A stretch of DNA of 64,000 nucleotides from a virus. Each line of letters starts with the position of its first letter. The stretch's first letter is position 1. Shown piece by piece: positions 51,273-59,870 of this stretch. The notes beneath the pieces were generated by a model. It was not told the DNA's origin. It made no database searches and was given only the letters and a program-made list of their open reading frames with translations. A program made the position numbers and the translations under genes. The stretch is from the IMG/VR virus record IMGVR_UViG_3300008954_002609, positions 32,001 through 96,000 of that record. One strand, given 5' to 3'.

Positions 51273-51991
51273 TTAAATACTCCTGCAATTAATATGTCTA
51301 AATCCGTACAGTATCTAAAACTGTATTTTTGATTTATAGATTTTAGAGACTCTAATGTCTTTTCAATTGTTGGCCAACCTGGGGTGCCCATCATCCTAAT
51401 ATCATCTATTAAGATCATATGATTTTTCTCTTTGTGTTTTCCTATTTCTTCAATTTCCTGAATTAGCGGGCAATGCCCGTATATTTCAGAGGTGTGCGTG
51501 TTCGCTTGTGATTCTGCCGCATCATTAATGCGACCTGAAAAGTGAGCATCCAGAAAGAACACGCACCTCTTATCAGACTCTGGTCTCTTGTCTATCTCTG
51601 AAAGAATTTCCGGCAATATTTCTGGAGATTCTCCGTGAAATAGTTTTACATTTTTTCTTACCGGATGTTGGGTCCTGATTAAAGAATGTTGAAAGCAACT
51701 CTCTTGAGCCTCTATAGACCAATTGTATAAAAAGTTAGGAGACACGGACATTAGGGTCTCTGCCAAATAAGTTCCCGTTTCTACAAAAAAACCTATATTT
51801 GATATCTCTGGTAAACTAGAAATTAAAAACGCCTTACCATAAACGCAATGCGTGCCACTTCTAGACACGTCACTTTCAAAGCCCTTCTTTGTGTCTAAGC
51901 GACCATCCTTCATGAAATGATGTTTCATTCTTTCCTGGAAGCCCTCATCGGGGTCATTGTCGATACTGAAGAATGTTATCTCTTCTTTCAA
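51269..51991 (-). CDS. Methyltransferase-fold protein
   Basis: FVETGTYLAET, SIE, GESPEILP, FFLDAHFSG, ILIDDIR. Confidence 0.7.
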   Translation of the reverse strand: MKEEITFFSIDNDPDEGFQERMKHHFMKDGRLDTKKGFESDVSRSGTHCVYGKAFLISSLPEISNIGFFVETGTYLAETLMSVSPNFLYNWSIEAQESCFQHSLIRTQHPVRKNVKLFHGESPEILPEILSEIDKRPESDKRCVFFLDAHFSGRINDAAESQANTHTSEIYGHCPLIQEIEEIGKHKEKNHMILIDDIRMMGTPGWPTIEKTLESLKSINQKYSFRYCTDLDILIAGVFK

Positions 51992-51992
51992 C

Positions 51993-52502
51993 CTAATCTC
52001 CTTTTATGATTCGGTAAGAATCTGAATCAAAATGCTGAGTCGAAAATTCATACAACTCTGAGTCTTCTAGGGCTTCCATTTGGTGTCTCAATCCCCTATA
52101 AATGTGAAGTGCATCGCCGGGGTTCATGATTGATTCTTCCGCTTTTTCTATATCATCTTCATCCGAAAGTCTTACTAGTAATTTCCCGGAATGAAGAAAG
52201 AAGACCTCATCCTTTAATTTGTGATAATGCCAAGAGCACTTCTTTCCCTTATTGAAGAAGAGCAGCTTCCCGCAGTACTCTTCTTTGTTCACAATCCACA
52301 TTTCGTGGCCCCAGCCTTTCCTTATATATTGTGGAAACTGCCAAGTTTTCATAAAGAGCGGCTCCTTATGCTCATTCTTTTTAACGTACTTTATCTCATA
52401 AAATGTGGGAGCGGGTGCCTCACTCTCCTTGTCTAATGTCCAATGGCGGTCCTTTTTCTTGTCTTCGCCTTTGTCTTTTTCGCTATTTGAAGAATCTGAC
52501 AT
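51993..52502 (-). CDS. Cupin protein (sugar or sugar-phosphate isomerase-like)
   Basis: KGWGHEMWI...YCGK...SWHYHKLKDE...GLRHQM...EFST gives H-x-H-x4-E and H cupin metal ligands. Confidence 0.8.
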   Translation of the reverse strand: MSDSSNSEKDKGEDKKKDRHWTLDKESEAPAPTFYEIKYVKKNEHKEPLFMKTWQFPQYIRKGWGHEMWIVNKEEYCGKLLFFNKGKKCSWHYHKLKDEVFFLHSGKLLVRLSDEDDIEKAEESIMNPGDALHIYRGLRHQMEALEDSELYEFSTQHFDSDSYRIIKGD

Positions 52503-52800
52503 CTCTTATTCCTTTATCATCCACATAGACATCTCCTGCTGGCTTGCCCAAGAATAAATCATTATATTTGACACCCCACTTGTTTAACTGATTCCTTGTT
52601 AGGTCATAAAACATTTTATACGATAACATGACGTCATTCTTTGTTCGACCCATACCTCGTGCAGTGTGAAATATTATTGTATTTCCCGAATCATAAAGCT
52701 CATTGATTTTATCTATTCGATCTTGTATCGGGACACTGTTGTTGTAATCGCTGTTCTCGGTATGGCAAATGGTCTCGTCTATATCAAAAACATAAATCAC
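52483..52800 (-). CDS. Minimal HAD-family phosphatase
   Basis: VFDIDETIC, HTARG, GKP, YVDDK are HAD motifs I-IV; 105 aa. Confidence 0.88.
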   Translation of the reverse strand: MIYVFDIDETICHTENSDYNNSVPIQDRIDKINELYDSGNTIIFHTARGMGRTKNDVMLSYKMFYDLTRNQLNKWGVKYNDLFLGKPAGDVYVDDKGIRDVRFFK

Positions 52801-53582
52801 TTAACGTCCTCCAATGATACCACGTAATTGCCAAACTTTTTAACCGAAATTGCAGCACACTTGTTTGCAAATTCTATTGCGATGGGAAAGGAAAAGAAGG
52901 ACATGTATGCTGTAACAAATGCTGCCAGGAATGTGTCTCCTGCCCCACAAACATCAAAAACCTTGGCAGGTTCTGTTTCAAATTCTCGTCCGCGCCAAGA
53001 TGCGCCGCGAGAACCCAAAGTTACAATCATTTCAGAATTGATAGGTTGCTTTTCTATTTTTGAAAATTCTAGTTCGTTTAACTTGATTATACAATCTTCA
53101 TAACATGATAAATCTGTCTTTTTTGAATCAACAAAGATTACACAATTTTCCCCCCTCAGAGAGTCAATGATCTTGTTACAATTCTTATTACAGATGAACC
53201 CCTTATCATAATCTGATATTACTACACAATCATACTCAAATCCTGATTTTTTTACCGTTTCTATGAGGCTCTCGCTCATCGGGGGAAGCCTATTTGCCTC
53301 ACCTGCATCTACCCTAAGAAGGTGCTGCATTGTCTTTTCATCGACAAACCTCTCCTTTATTATTTCTTTTGTATTGGTCAGGACTCTCGTATCGTGCCCA
53401 AAAGACTCCAGATTCCTCTGAACATTCAATACCATGCCAGGCTTATCCTCAATGCGTGAGGTTTTAAGCACTGGAACAGGCGCTTCTGGGCTTATCCTGT
53501 CGCAAGTTCCATAGTTATACCTGTCTATGCAGGAGTCACCTATTATCAATATCTTGAATGATTTGAGTTGTTGAATATCCAT
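52797..53582 (-). CDS. hldA: D-glycero-beta-D-manno-heptose-7-phosphate kinase (HldE/RfaE kinase domain, PfkB family)
   Basis: ILIIGD, RISPEAPVPV, LLRVD, VISDYDKG, TLGSRGA, DVCGAGDTF. Confidence 0.9.
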   Translation of the reverse strand: MDIQQLKSFKILIIGDSCIDRYNYGTCDRISPEAPVPVLKTSRIEDKPGMVLNVQRNLESFGHDTRVLTNTKEIIKERFVDEKTMQHLLRVDAGEANRLPPMSESLIETVKKSGFEYDCVVISDYDKGFICNKNCNKIIDSLRGENCVIFVDSKKTDLSCYEDCIIKLNELEFSKIEKQPINSEMIVTLGSRGASWRGREFETEPAKVFDVCGAGDTFLAAFVTAYMSFFSFPIAIEFANKCAAISVKKFGNYVVSLEDVK

Positions 53583-53934
53583 CTAAATAATTAAAGATTA
53601 TCACCGAATTACACAAGTCTTTTCCAATTACTTGATCTTCGGTATAGTCTCCACCCTTTACAATAATGTCAGGCTTTATTTTTTTTACTAACTCTAGCGG
53701 AGTATCTTCGTCAAAAATAATTACTTTATCAACATATCTACATGACTCCAGTAAAAATTTTCTATCTTTTTGTGAAAAGATTGGTCTTGACGATCCCTTG
53801 AGCCTTCTAACGCTAACATCACTGTTCAGTCCGACAATCACCCTTCCATATGCCTTACAAAATTTTAATAATTCTATATGACCTCGGTGGACAATATCGA
53901 AGCATCCGTTAGTAAAGATTTTCTTTTTAGCCAT
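53536..53934 (-). CDS. hldC: Heptose-1-phosphate adenylyltransferase (HldE/RfaE nucleotidyltransferase domain)
   Basis: FTNGCFDIVHRGH, VGLNSD-x-SVRRLKG-x2-RP, FDEDTP, VKGGDY, GYSTT. Confidence 0.92.
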   Translation of the reverse strand: MAKKKIFTNGCFDIVHRGHIELLKFCKAYGRVIVGLNSDVSVRRLKGSSRPIFSQKDRKFLLESCRYVDKVIIFDEDTPLELVKKIKPDIIVKGGDYTEDQVIGKDLCNSVIIFNYLDGYSTTQIIQDIDNR

Positions 53935-53941
53935 GAATGCA

Positions 53942-54775
53942 TTATAACAGAGTATCTAGTACTTTGTCAACTATTTCTTTTTCATTGTGATTGTTTACTT
54001 CAGATGCGCACTCTTCGCATTTTATCTTAAGTCCGCATGGTTCGTGATTTCCAATATTTATATTAATATTCTGAGGATATGCAACCATGTCCTCAGACTG
54101 GTACCCTGTTATTATCACTAGCGACTTCGTATCTACAGTCGTGGCCGCGTGAACAAGACCACCTTCGGTACTGAGGAACATTTCAGATTCTCCTATAAGA
54201 ATCGCCGCTTCTCTGAAAGATGTTTTACCCCTGTAATCGATTACGTTTTCTAAGAGTGGGCTCGACGTGCTTCCTATTTGCACAATCTGTATATGGTCCT
54301 TCAACACATTCACTATACTTTGCCACTTACTTAGTGGGTATGCTCTGTTTGGTGTGTAGTTTGTTTTTGAATAAGGTTCTATAGTTACAAATCTATCCCC
54401 TAGTTTATCTGTGAGGTCTTTTACTTTCTCTCTTTCTCGATCAGTAAAGAACATTTCACATCTAAGTTCTGGATCTTCTATTCCGTAGACTTCGCACATT
54501 TGTTCGATTATATGCTTGTCTTTCCTGTGGTAGGCTTTTATTGGTGTGTCTGTTTTGCAATAATTCGCTTCCGGGTTATTCATAAACATCGGAAACGCCT
54601 CATCTCCATCTCCAGTTTTGTATATATTTGGATTATTTTCAAACACTGGGCTTCTGATAAGTTTTGTTACGTTTTTGCCGTCTCCTTCGCATGGAAGGAC
54701 TTTGACTTTCTCTGGTAGCTTCTTCTTTAACTCTCTTGCTACTGCTGTCCAGGCAAGATAACCTCCTAAGCCCAT
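53942..54775 (-). CDS. Glycosyltransferase family 9 (heptosyltransferase-like)
   Basis: C-terminal RGKTSFREAAILI...STEGGLVHAA matches GT9. N-terminal MGLGGY lacks the Asp of the usual GxGD motif. Adjacent to hldC/hldA. Confidence 0.7.
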   Translation of the reverse strand: MGLGGYLAWTAVARELKKKLPEKVKVLPCEGDGKNVTKLIRSPVFENNPNIYKTGDGDEAFPMFMNNPEANYCKTDTPIKAYHRKDKHIIEQMCEVYGIEDPELRCEMFFTDREREKVKDLTDKLGDRFVTIEPYSKTNYTPNRAYPLSKWQSIVNVLKDHIQIVQIGSTSSPLLENVIDYRGKTSFREAAILIGESEMFLSTEGGLVHAATTVDTKSLVIITGYQSEDMVAYPQNININIGNHEPCGLKIKCEECASEVNNHNEKEIVDKVLDTLL

Positions 54776-54779
54776 AATC

Positions 54780-55751
54780 CTACTCGCAATACTTTATCAT
54801 TAAATCATACGCATCATTTGCATATCTCTCGTATCCGGCGTGTTGCAGTATATATTCTCTAGGCGACAATGGCATAGGAATCTCTCCACCTAGAAACTGC
54901 TTTATCTTCTCGATATAAGGCTGGGCAGAGTCATCATTTCTTTTTAGATACTTTTCTGTCATTCTATCAGTTCCGTGAACCCAAAAATTCTGATCAAATA
55001 TGCTGGGCGTATTATGAGGAGATCCGATTACTGGCACATCTAAAAACATGGCTTCATAAGTCGCTATTCCTGGACACTCATCTAAGCTAAGGTTGATGCA
55101 ACATTTTGACTTCAATAAGGCATCAAAATATTCTTCTCTTTTATAGTCTCCGTAAGTTAGTTCAATATAGGATATCTCGTTGTTTTCAAGACCTTCGATT
55201 ATACCATCATGAAAATTAAAATAATTATCATCATATCTTCGCCTCTTCGAGTAGACAAGGCAATCATATTCTATATTCTTATTGTTTATCAAATCTGGGT
55301 CAATATCGAAGGTTACACATTTATCTAGAAAATCAGCTCTGTGTACCTGGTCTTTTGGTAAGAATTTCTTTACATGATCGTTATAATACTTAACTTGGTC
55401 AATGTATAGATCGAACTCAACATTCTCAACAAACCACTTGTCCCACGAGTCAGCAGGACCAATGTCTGGATAATCTAATAAAACATTCGGTCCAAAAACA
55501 AACTTCTTTTTTGGAAATGCTTTTTTCAAATTAGCATAAAGATTGGGATCAAAACCCTTCGCATAAAACCAGAAAACGTCAGTCCGATTAATGTCATAGT
55601 TTTCTTTAAGCTTCCAAAGCTCTTTCACATCAAATCTATCATGTTTATCTTGATTGAGTGCGTCCACATGATGGCTAAAAGTCAGCCCAGGGCCGCGGTC
55701 GCCCCCAGGTCGAGAGCACATTAGAATATTAAACTTCTTATAGGTAGTCAC
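54780..55751 (-). CDS. GT-B fold glycosyltransferase
   Basis: RGPG, FGPN, and LSLDECPGIATYEAMFLDVPVI (E-x7-E). Confidence 0.75.
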   Translation of the reverse strand: MTTYKKFNILMCSRPGGDRGPGLTFSHHVDALNQDKHDRFDVKELWKLKENYDINRTDVFWFYAKGFDPNLYANLKKAFPKKKFVFGPNVLLDYPDIGPADSWDKWFVENVEFDLYIDQVKYYNDHVKKFLPKDQVHRADFLDKCVTFDIDPDLINNKNIEYDCLVYSKRRRYDDNYFNFHDGIIEGLENNEISYIELTYGDYKREEYFDALLKSKCCINLSLDECPGIATYEAMFLDVPVIGSPHNTPSIFDQNFWVHGTDRMTEKYLKRNDDSAQPYIEKIKQFLGGEIPMPLSPREYILQHAGYERYANDAYDLMIKYCE

Positions 55752-56508
55752 TTATTGGAAGCTCCTTTAGCCTCGCATGTGGCTTCTTTTGTTTCAACTC
55801 CGCCTCTATGCGTAACTGGTCTGCCCTATGCACTCTGTCCACTGCTAGAGGATTCTCCCTATTGTATACATAAGTGATTCTCTTAACTGGGTGAAAGTGA
55901 TTTGGTCCTGCCATCTCTACCATGGGATACATTATCACCCGGTCCCACGTAAATTTATAAAAGTCACCATCACTATCCAGCATGTCTTCTTTGTTGATGC
56001 TCATAAACAATTCTTTTCTGAATGTCCTTAGATGAGAGAGCGTCCACTCCTTGTGTCTTATGTTCCCTTCCCAATAATCGTCCGTAACTTTGGGTCTTAC
56101 AATTTTGCCACCTACCGACTCGATATAGGATCCTGCAGTTATCCAAACTTTTGGATTTTGATATATTTCATTTAAGTGTTGGAGAACATACCTGTTTGCT
56201 AGCCAGTCATCGCCATCTAGAGCCAGTATTATAGATCCAGGCTTTGCACAGTCCACCGCTTGATATAAGTTGGTCAAAGCCCTTACATTTTGTCGGTTAT
56301 GTTGTATTGTCAACTGACCGGGTCTCGACTCCCTGAATTCTTGAAATAGAGCGTCTGCACGCTGACCAGTCATATCAGAAGATGCATCGTTTATGAACCG
56401 AATATCATAATTCCCATAATCCTGCTTTATAGCTGAGTTTATATTCTTCTCTACCCACGACTCATTGTTATAGGACAAGATAACTATTGTGAAGTGATTT
56501 TCTATCAA
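55738..56508 (-). CDS. Glycosyltransferase family 2
   Basis: SYNNESWVEKNINS, INDASSD, LDGDDWL, SHLRTF, YVYN. Start probably the TTG at 56508 (TTGA overlap); the track uses 56523. Confidence 0.9.
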   Translation of the reverse strand: MIENHFTIVILSYNNESWVEKNINSAIKQDYGNYDIRFINDASSDMTGQRADALFQEFRESRPGQLTIQHNRQNVRALTNLYQAVDCAKPGSIILALDGDDWLANRYVLQHLNEIYQNPKVWITAGSYIESVGGKIVRPKVTDDYWEGNIRHKEWTLSHLRTFRKELFMSINKEDMLDSDGDFYKFTWDRVIMYPMVEMAGPNHFHPVKRITYVYNRENPLAVDRVHRADQLRIEAELKQKKPHARLKELPISDYL

Positions 56509-58595
56509 AATGCATTCTCCCAAAAATACGAAGGTCTAGATTTTAGATATTCAACAACTTCTTTATAGTCCTTATTGAACCATTCCTCGTCGCGGTGTTG
56601 CACATTATCGTTAATCTCCAATTGACAACCAAGAAGCTTTGCCTCAATTACCAACCTTGGACAAGTATCTAAGCCGCCGGGCTTGAAACACAATCCACGG
56701 GATAAGGAAAGTTTCTTTAGAAATTCCATAGGTTCTACTCCCCACAAAACTTCGTATTCATAACTCTTCTCTTTGCACCAGTCCTCTGATTCTTGTGCGC
56801 CCTTGACCCAACTATCTGACCCTAAGACGACCCATTTGCTGCTTCTCTTCTTCTTTGATTCTTCTCTAAGGTTGTCAATCAATTCAAAGAAATTCTCAGA
56901 AAAAAGAGAAGACAGTACATGCAAGTTTTCAGTATTAGACAAATCTAGAGATTCTATGTGTATCTTCTTCTGATTCTCTGACATAAAGAACACAGATTTT
57001 GCGTTCTCTGCAAAATCTTTTAATCTCTTTCCCTGTTCTGTGCTGGAGTATTCGCACTTTTCTCCCTCGACCATCTCGTAAAGAGTTGGATTCCTGTGTT
57101 TGCAAAACTTATAATCAAACTCAATAAATGAATATTCTATATTTAGTTTTTTTATTGCCTCAAAGGCTTCTGGTTTCATATTCGCGATATTACCAAAAAC
57201 CCATTTTGCATCTTTGTGATCTGTCAACAACTCTTCAGTAAGCATTTGAGAATTGACTGCTCCTAATTTGTCAGAAGGAGCAGACTCAATTATGGTTTGA
57301 AGACTCATTTCCGCGCCTCCAGCATACTGACTAGCGAACATATCGCTGACATAGATGTATTCTGGGGGGTGTAAAATATTTTCCGGAAGAACAGCTTCTA
57401 GCATTCTACTTTGGATCTTTTCTTCTGAAAAGTTTTCTAGTACATGCTTTTGTAGCTTCTTAGCCCAAGACAAGTACATCCCATGATTGGTATACATCGC
57501 TCTTATTTTCTTTTTAAAGTCAACCTTGTTTGGGTAGCACCACATAGTACCTTCATGTATGATGTTTTTCCAAACAGCTTCCTTTGGAATAGGAGCTAGA
57601 ACATAATCAACACGAGCAAATAATGGCTTCCTCTTTGTCTTTCCCTTCTTATTTCTAACAGGTGCATACAAGAAATCCAAATGGCCGCTCCAACCTGGCG
57701 CAACTACTGGGAGCCCGTTACAGGCTGCTTCGAATAGAGGAAGTCCATATCCTTCACCGTGTGTTGCGCTAATTATCGCTTTAATCTTCGGATGAGTATA
57801 TAGTGAATTTAATTCTTCTCGGGTCATATCGCCGTGAAGGAAGTATATTTTGCACTTTCTATCTTGAAACTCTTTCTGACTCAATAGCATTTCAAGATTG
57901 CGTTGTGTCATTCGTCGGTCCATTATAGAATTCTTTGAGGTATTTGTTTTCACGACCAAACCAACTTCTTGATTCTTAAATTCGTCAACAAACCACCTTA
58001 TCGTGTTTTCGAGGTTCTTTCTCACAGACCATTGAGCTATTACCAAAAAGTTGAATTCTGTATCAACTTCTAAATTAAAATCTTCATCTTTGTCCAGACT
58101 GCCCACTGGGTAATGAACCACGTCGATTGGCGCTCCGCAACCCAATATTTTCTTTTCACCTTCTTCGTTCTGGAATTCATACTTGGAGTTTTCAAACCCC
58201 CACTTTGCGAATTCCGATGGGACAACAATCTTATTCATGGTATAGCTCTTCTCTATCCATGCTGGAGCTACCTTTGTTGTTTCTATTCCTGCGGTGACGG
58301 TGACTGCATAGGGAGCCAGTCTGTTAAACTCGTTAGGTATTCCCACTCTGATATGGAAATCAAAATTCCTCTGATCTTCAGGTAGAGATGTGAGTTTATG
58401 CATCAATTGATCCATCCACTCTCTTTCTTCTGTGTCGCCTAATAACCAAGAGGTTGTTCCCCAATTTAAGGGAGACAGATAAATGTCTAGAAGATCGTCC
58501 CTCTTTCTGAGTGACCTCAACACCAATCTCGTATGTTCCCCGTATCCCGACTGAGTGAGAGCGGGTCCCTCTACTATAACTTTATATTTCTTCAT
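56505..58595 (-). CDS. Two-domain glycosyltransferase (GT4 plus a second GT-B domain)
   Basis: TQSGYG, RKN, THGEGYGLPLFEAA in the N-terminal part; GGAE and DTCPRLVIEAKLLGC in the C-terminal part. Start at the ATGA overlap at 58595. Confidence 0.88.
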   Translation of the reverse strand: MKKYKVIVEGPALTQSGYGEHTRLVLRSLRKRDDLLDIYLSPLNWGTTSWLLGDTEEREWMDQLMHKLTSLPEDQRNFDFHIRVGIPNEFNRLAPYAVTVTAGIETTKVAPAWIEKSYTMNKIVVPSEFAKWGFENSKYEFQNEEGEKKILGCGAPIDVVHYPVGSLDKDEDFNLEVDTEFNFLVIAQWSVRKNLENTIRWFVDEFKNQEVGLVVKTNTSKNSIMDRRMTQRNLEMLLSQKEFQDRKCKIYFLHGDMTREELNSLYTHPKIKAIISATHGEGYGLPLFEAACNGLPVVAPGWSGHLDFLYAPVRNKKGKTKRKPLFARVDYVLAPIPKEAVWKNIIHEGTMWCYPNKVDFKKKIRAMYTNHGMYLSWAKKLQKHVLENFSEEKIQSRMLEAVLPENILHPPEYIYVSDMFASQYAGGAEMSLQTIIESAPSDKLGAVNSQMLTEELLTDHKDAKWVFGNIANMKPEAFEAIKKLNIEYSFIEFDYKFCKHRNPTLYEMVEGEKCEYSSTEQGKRLKDFAENAKSVFFMSENQKKIHIESLDLSNTENLHVLSSLFSENFFELIDNLREESKKKRSSKWVVLGSDSWVKGAQESEDWCKEKSYEYEVLWGVEPMEFLKKLSLSRGLCFKPGGLDTCPRLVIEAKLLGCQLEINDNVQHRDEEWFNKDYKEVVEYLKSRPSYFWENAF

Positions 58596-59857
58596 TTTAT
58601 CTCCACCATCTTCCACCCTTTGTGCTTTCTATTCGACCAAGAGCCGCCCTCTTCGTGAATCTTGGTGAGGGTTTCATCCCACAAATTTACATAACTTTCA
58701 AAGCCGTAATTATCGAGGACATGCTTTCTTGCCTTTTTGCCCATCTCTGCTCTCTCTTCTTTTGTCATGTTATACATCTTCTCTAGTGCATTGATGAAAT
58801 CATCCTTGGAGATCCTATCCTCATAAATATATGGAACCTGCTGAGAACCTATTATTGACTTGGAAACAGGTTCAATGCCGGTGCCGAACCATTCTTTCCC
58901 ATCTGTCACCTGTTCTTGCAAACCACCAGTCATATTTACAATGATTGGAACCTCACAAGCTAAAGATTCGAGAGTCGCTAGACCAAAACCCTCTGCATCT
59001 GAAATATTTATCGTGCAATCGCAAACATTGTATATCATAGACAAATCGCGGGCTGGCATCTTGTTTACTGATAAGAGCACTTCTCCGTTGTTTAGACCTC
59101 TTTCCGCCATGATTGCTTCTAGGTCTTGCCCATTCGGATCTTTTGGTTCCGTGTGCATAATGAGACAAGCATTTTCTCTACCAATACGATCCAAAAACTC
59201 GGAAAACCACCAAATAAGTGTACCTGATTGTTTTCTTCTTGCATTTCTATTGTTCCAAAAGAATAAAAATTTCTTTTCGCCATTTTTCTTGTAGGCTAGC
59301 TTGTTCTTTTTCCTAAAATCATCGGCTAATTCGTCTGGAACCTTTTTATATATTTCTGTATTTGCTGTGTGTGGGATTCTAACCCTAGGTACGCTCGGTG
59401 CCACCTTTGAAACGATATCGTCGGTCACCTTGCTTATCGTTGCTATAAAGTCGTTTGATTCATAGAAAGGTCGATTGAACATCGGAGGGGGATAATTGTC
59501 CCAAACATGATAATATACCAAAGGAACAACCGATCTTACTTCGTTCTCTATCTCCCATAGCCAGGGCCAGAAGCGCGGGTCTGTCATTATCCACATAATG
59601 TCTGGCTTTTCTGTTTGAAGTAGCGTTCTTACCTTATCTTGTGTTCCGTATCCATCTACTGGATAGATAACCCAGTCGTCTTCGTATCCCTGTATCTTAA
59701 TCGGGTCGTAACTGGGGTGTTTTATTGCTCCACCAAAACAAACAAACTGAAACCTACCAGTCCTAAGCAACCCTTCAATCATGTATCTTGTCTGTCCTGC
59801 TACACCGGAGGGTGCCAGTGGGTTGTCCGCCAAGACAAAGACCTTAATCTTTTTCAT
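58592..59857 (-). CDS. Glycosyltransferase family 4
   Basis: SGVA, NRNARRK, SDAEGFGLATLESLAC, TGGLQEQ. Confidence 0.92.
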   Translation of the reverse strand: MKKIKVFVLADNPLAPSGVAGQTRYMIEGLLRTGRFQFVCFGGAIKHPSYDPIKIQGYEDDWVIYPVDGYGTQDKVRTLLQTEKPDIMWIMTDPRFWPWLWEIENEVRSVVPLVYYHVWDNYPPPMFNRPFYESNDFIATISKVTDDIVSKVAPSVPRVRIPHTANTEIYKKVPDELADDFRKKNKLAYKKNGEKKFLFFWNNRNARRKQSGTLIWWFSEFLDRIGRENACLIMHTEPKDPNGQDLEAIMAERGLNNGEVLLSVNKMPARDLSMIYNVCDCTINISDAEGFGLATLESLACEVPIIVNMTGGLQEQVTDGKEWFGTGIEPVSKSIIGSQQVPYIYEDRISKDDFINALEKMYNMTKEERAEMGKKARKHVLDNYGFESYVNLWDETLTKIHEEGGSWSNRKHKGWKMVEIK

Positions 59858-59870
59858 CTATCATCTTCCT

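Noticed and set aside
34160-59857. Bacterial O-antigen or capsule locus
   Set aside because: No flippase, polymerase, exporter or priming transferase is recognisable, and the genes are embedded between phage-type genes with the same packing style.
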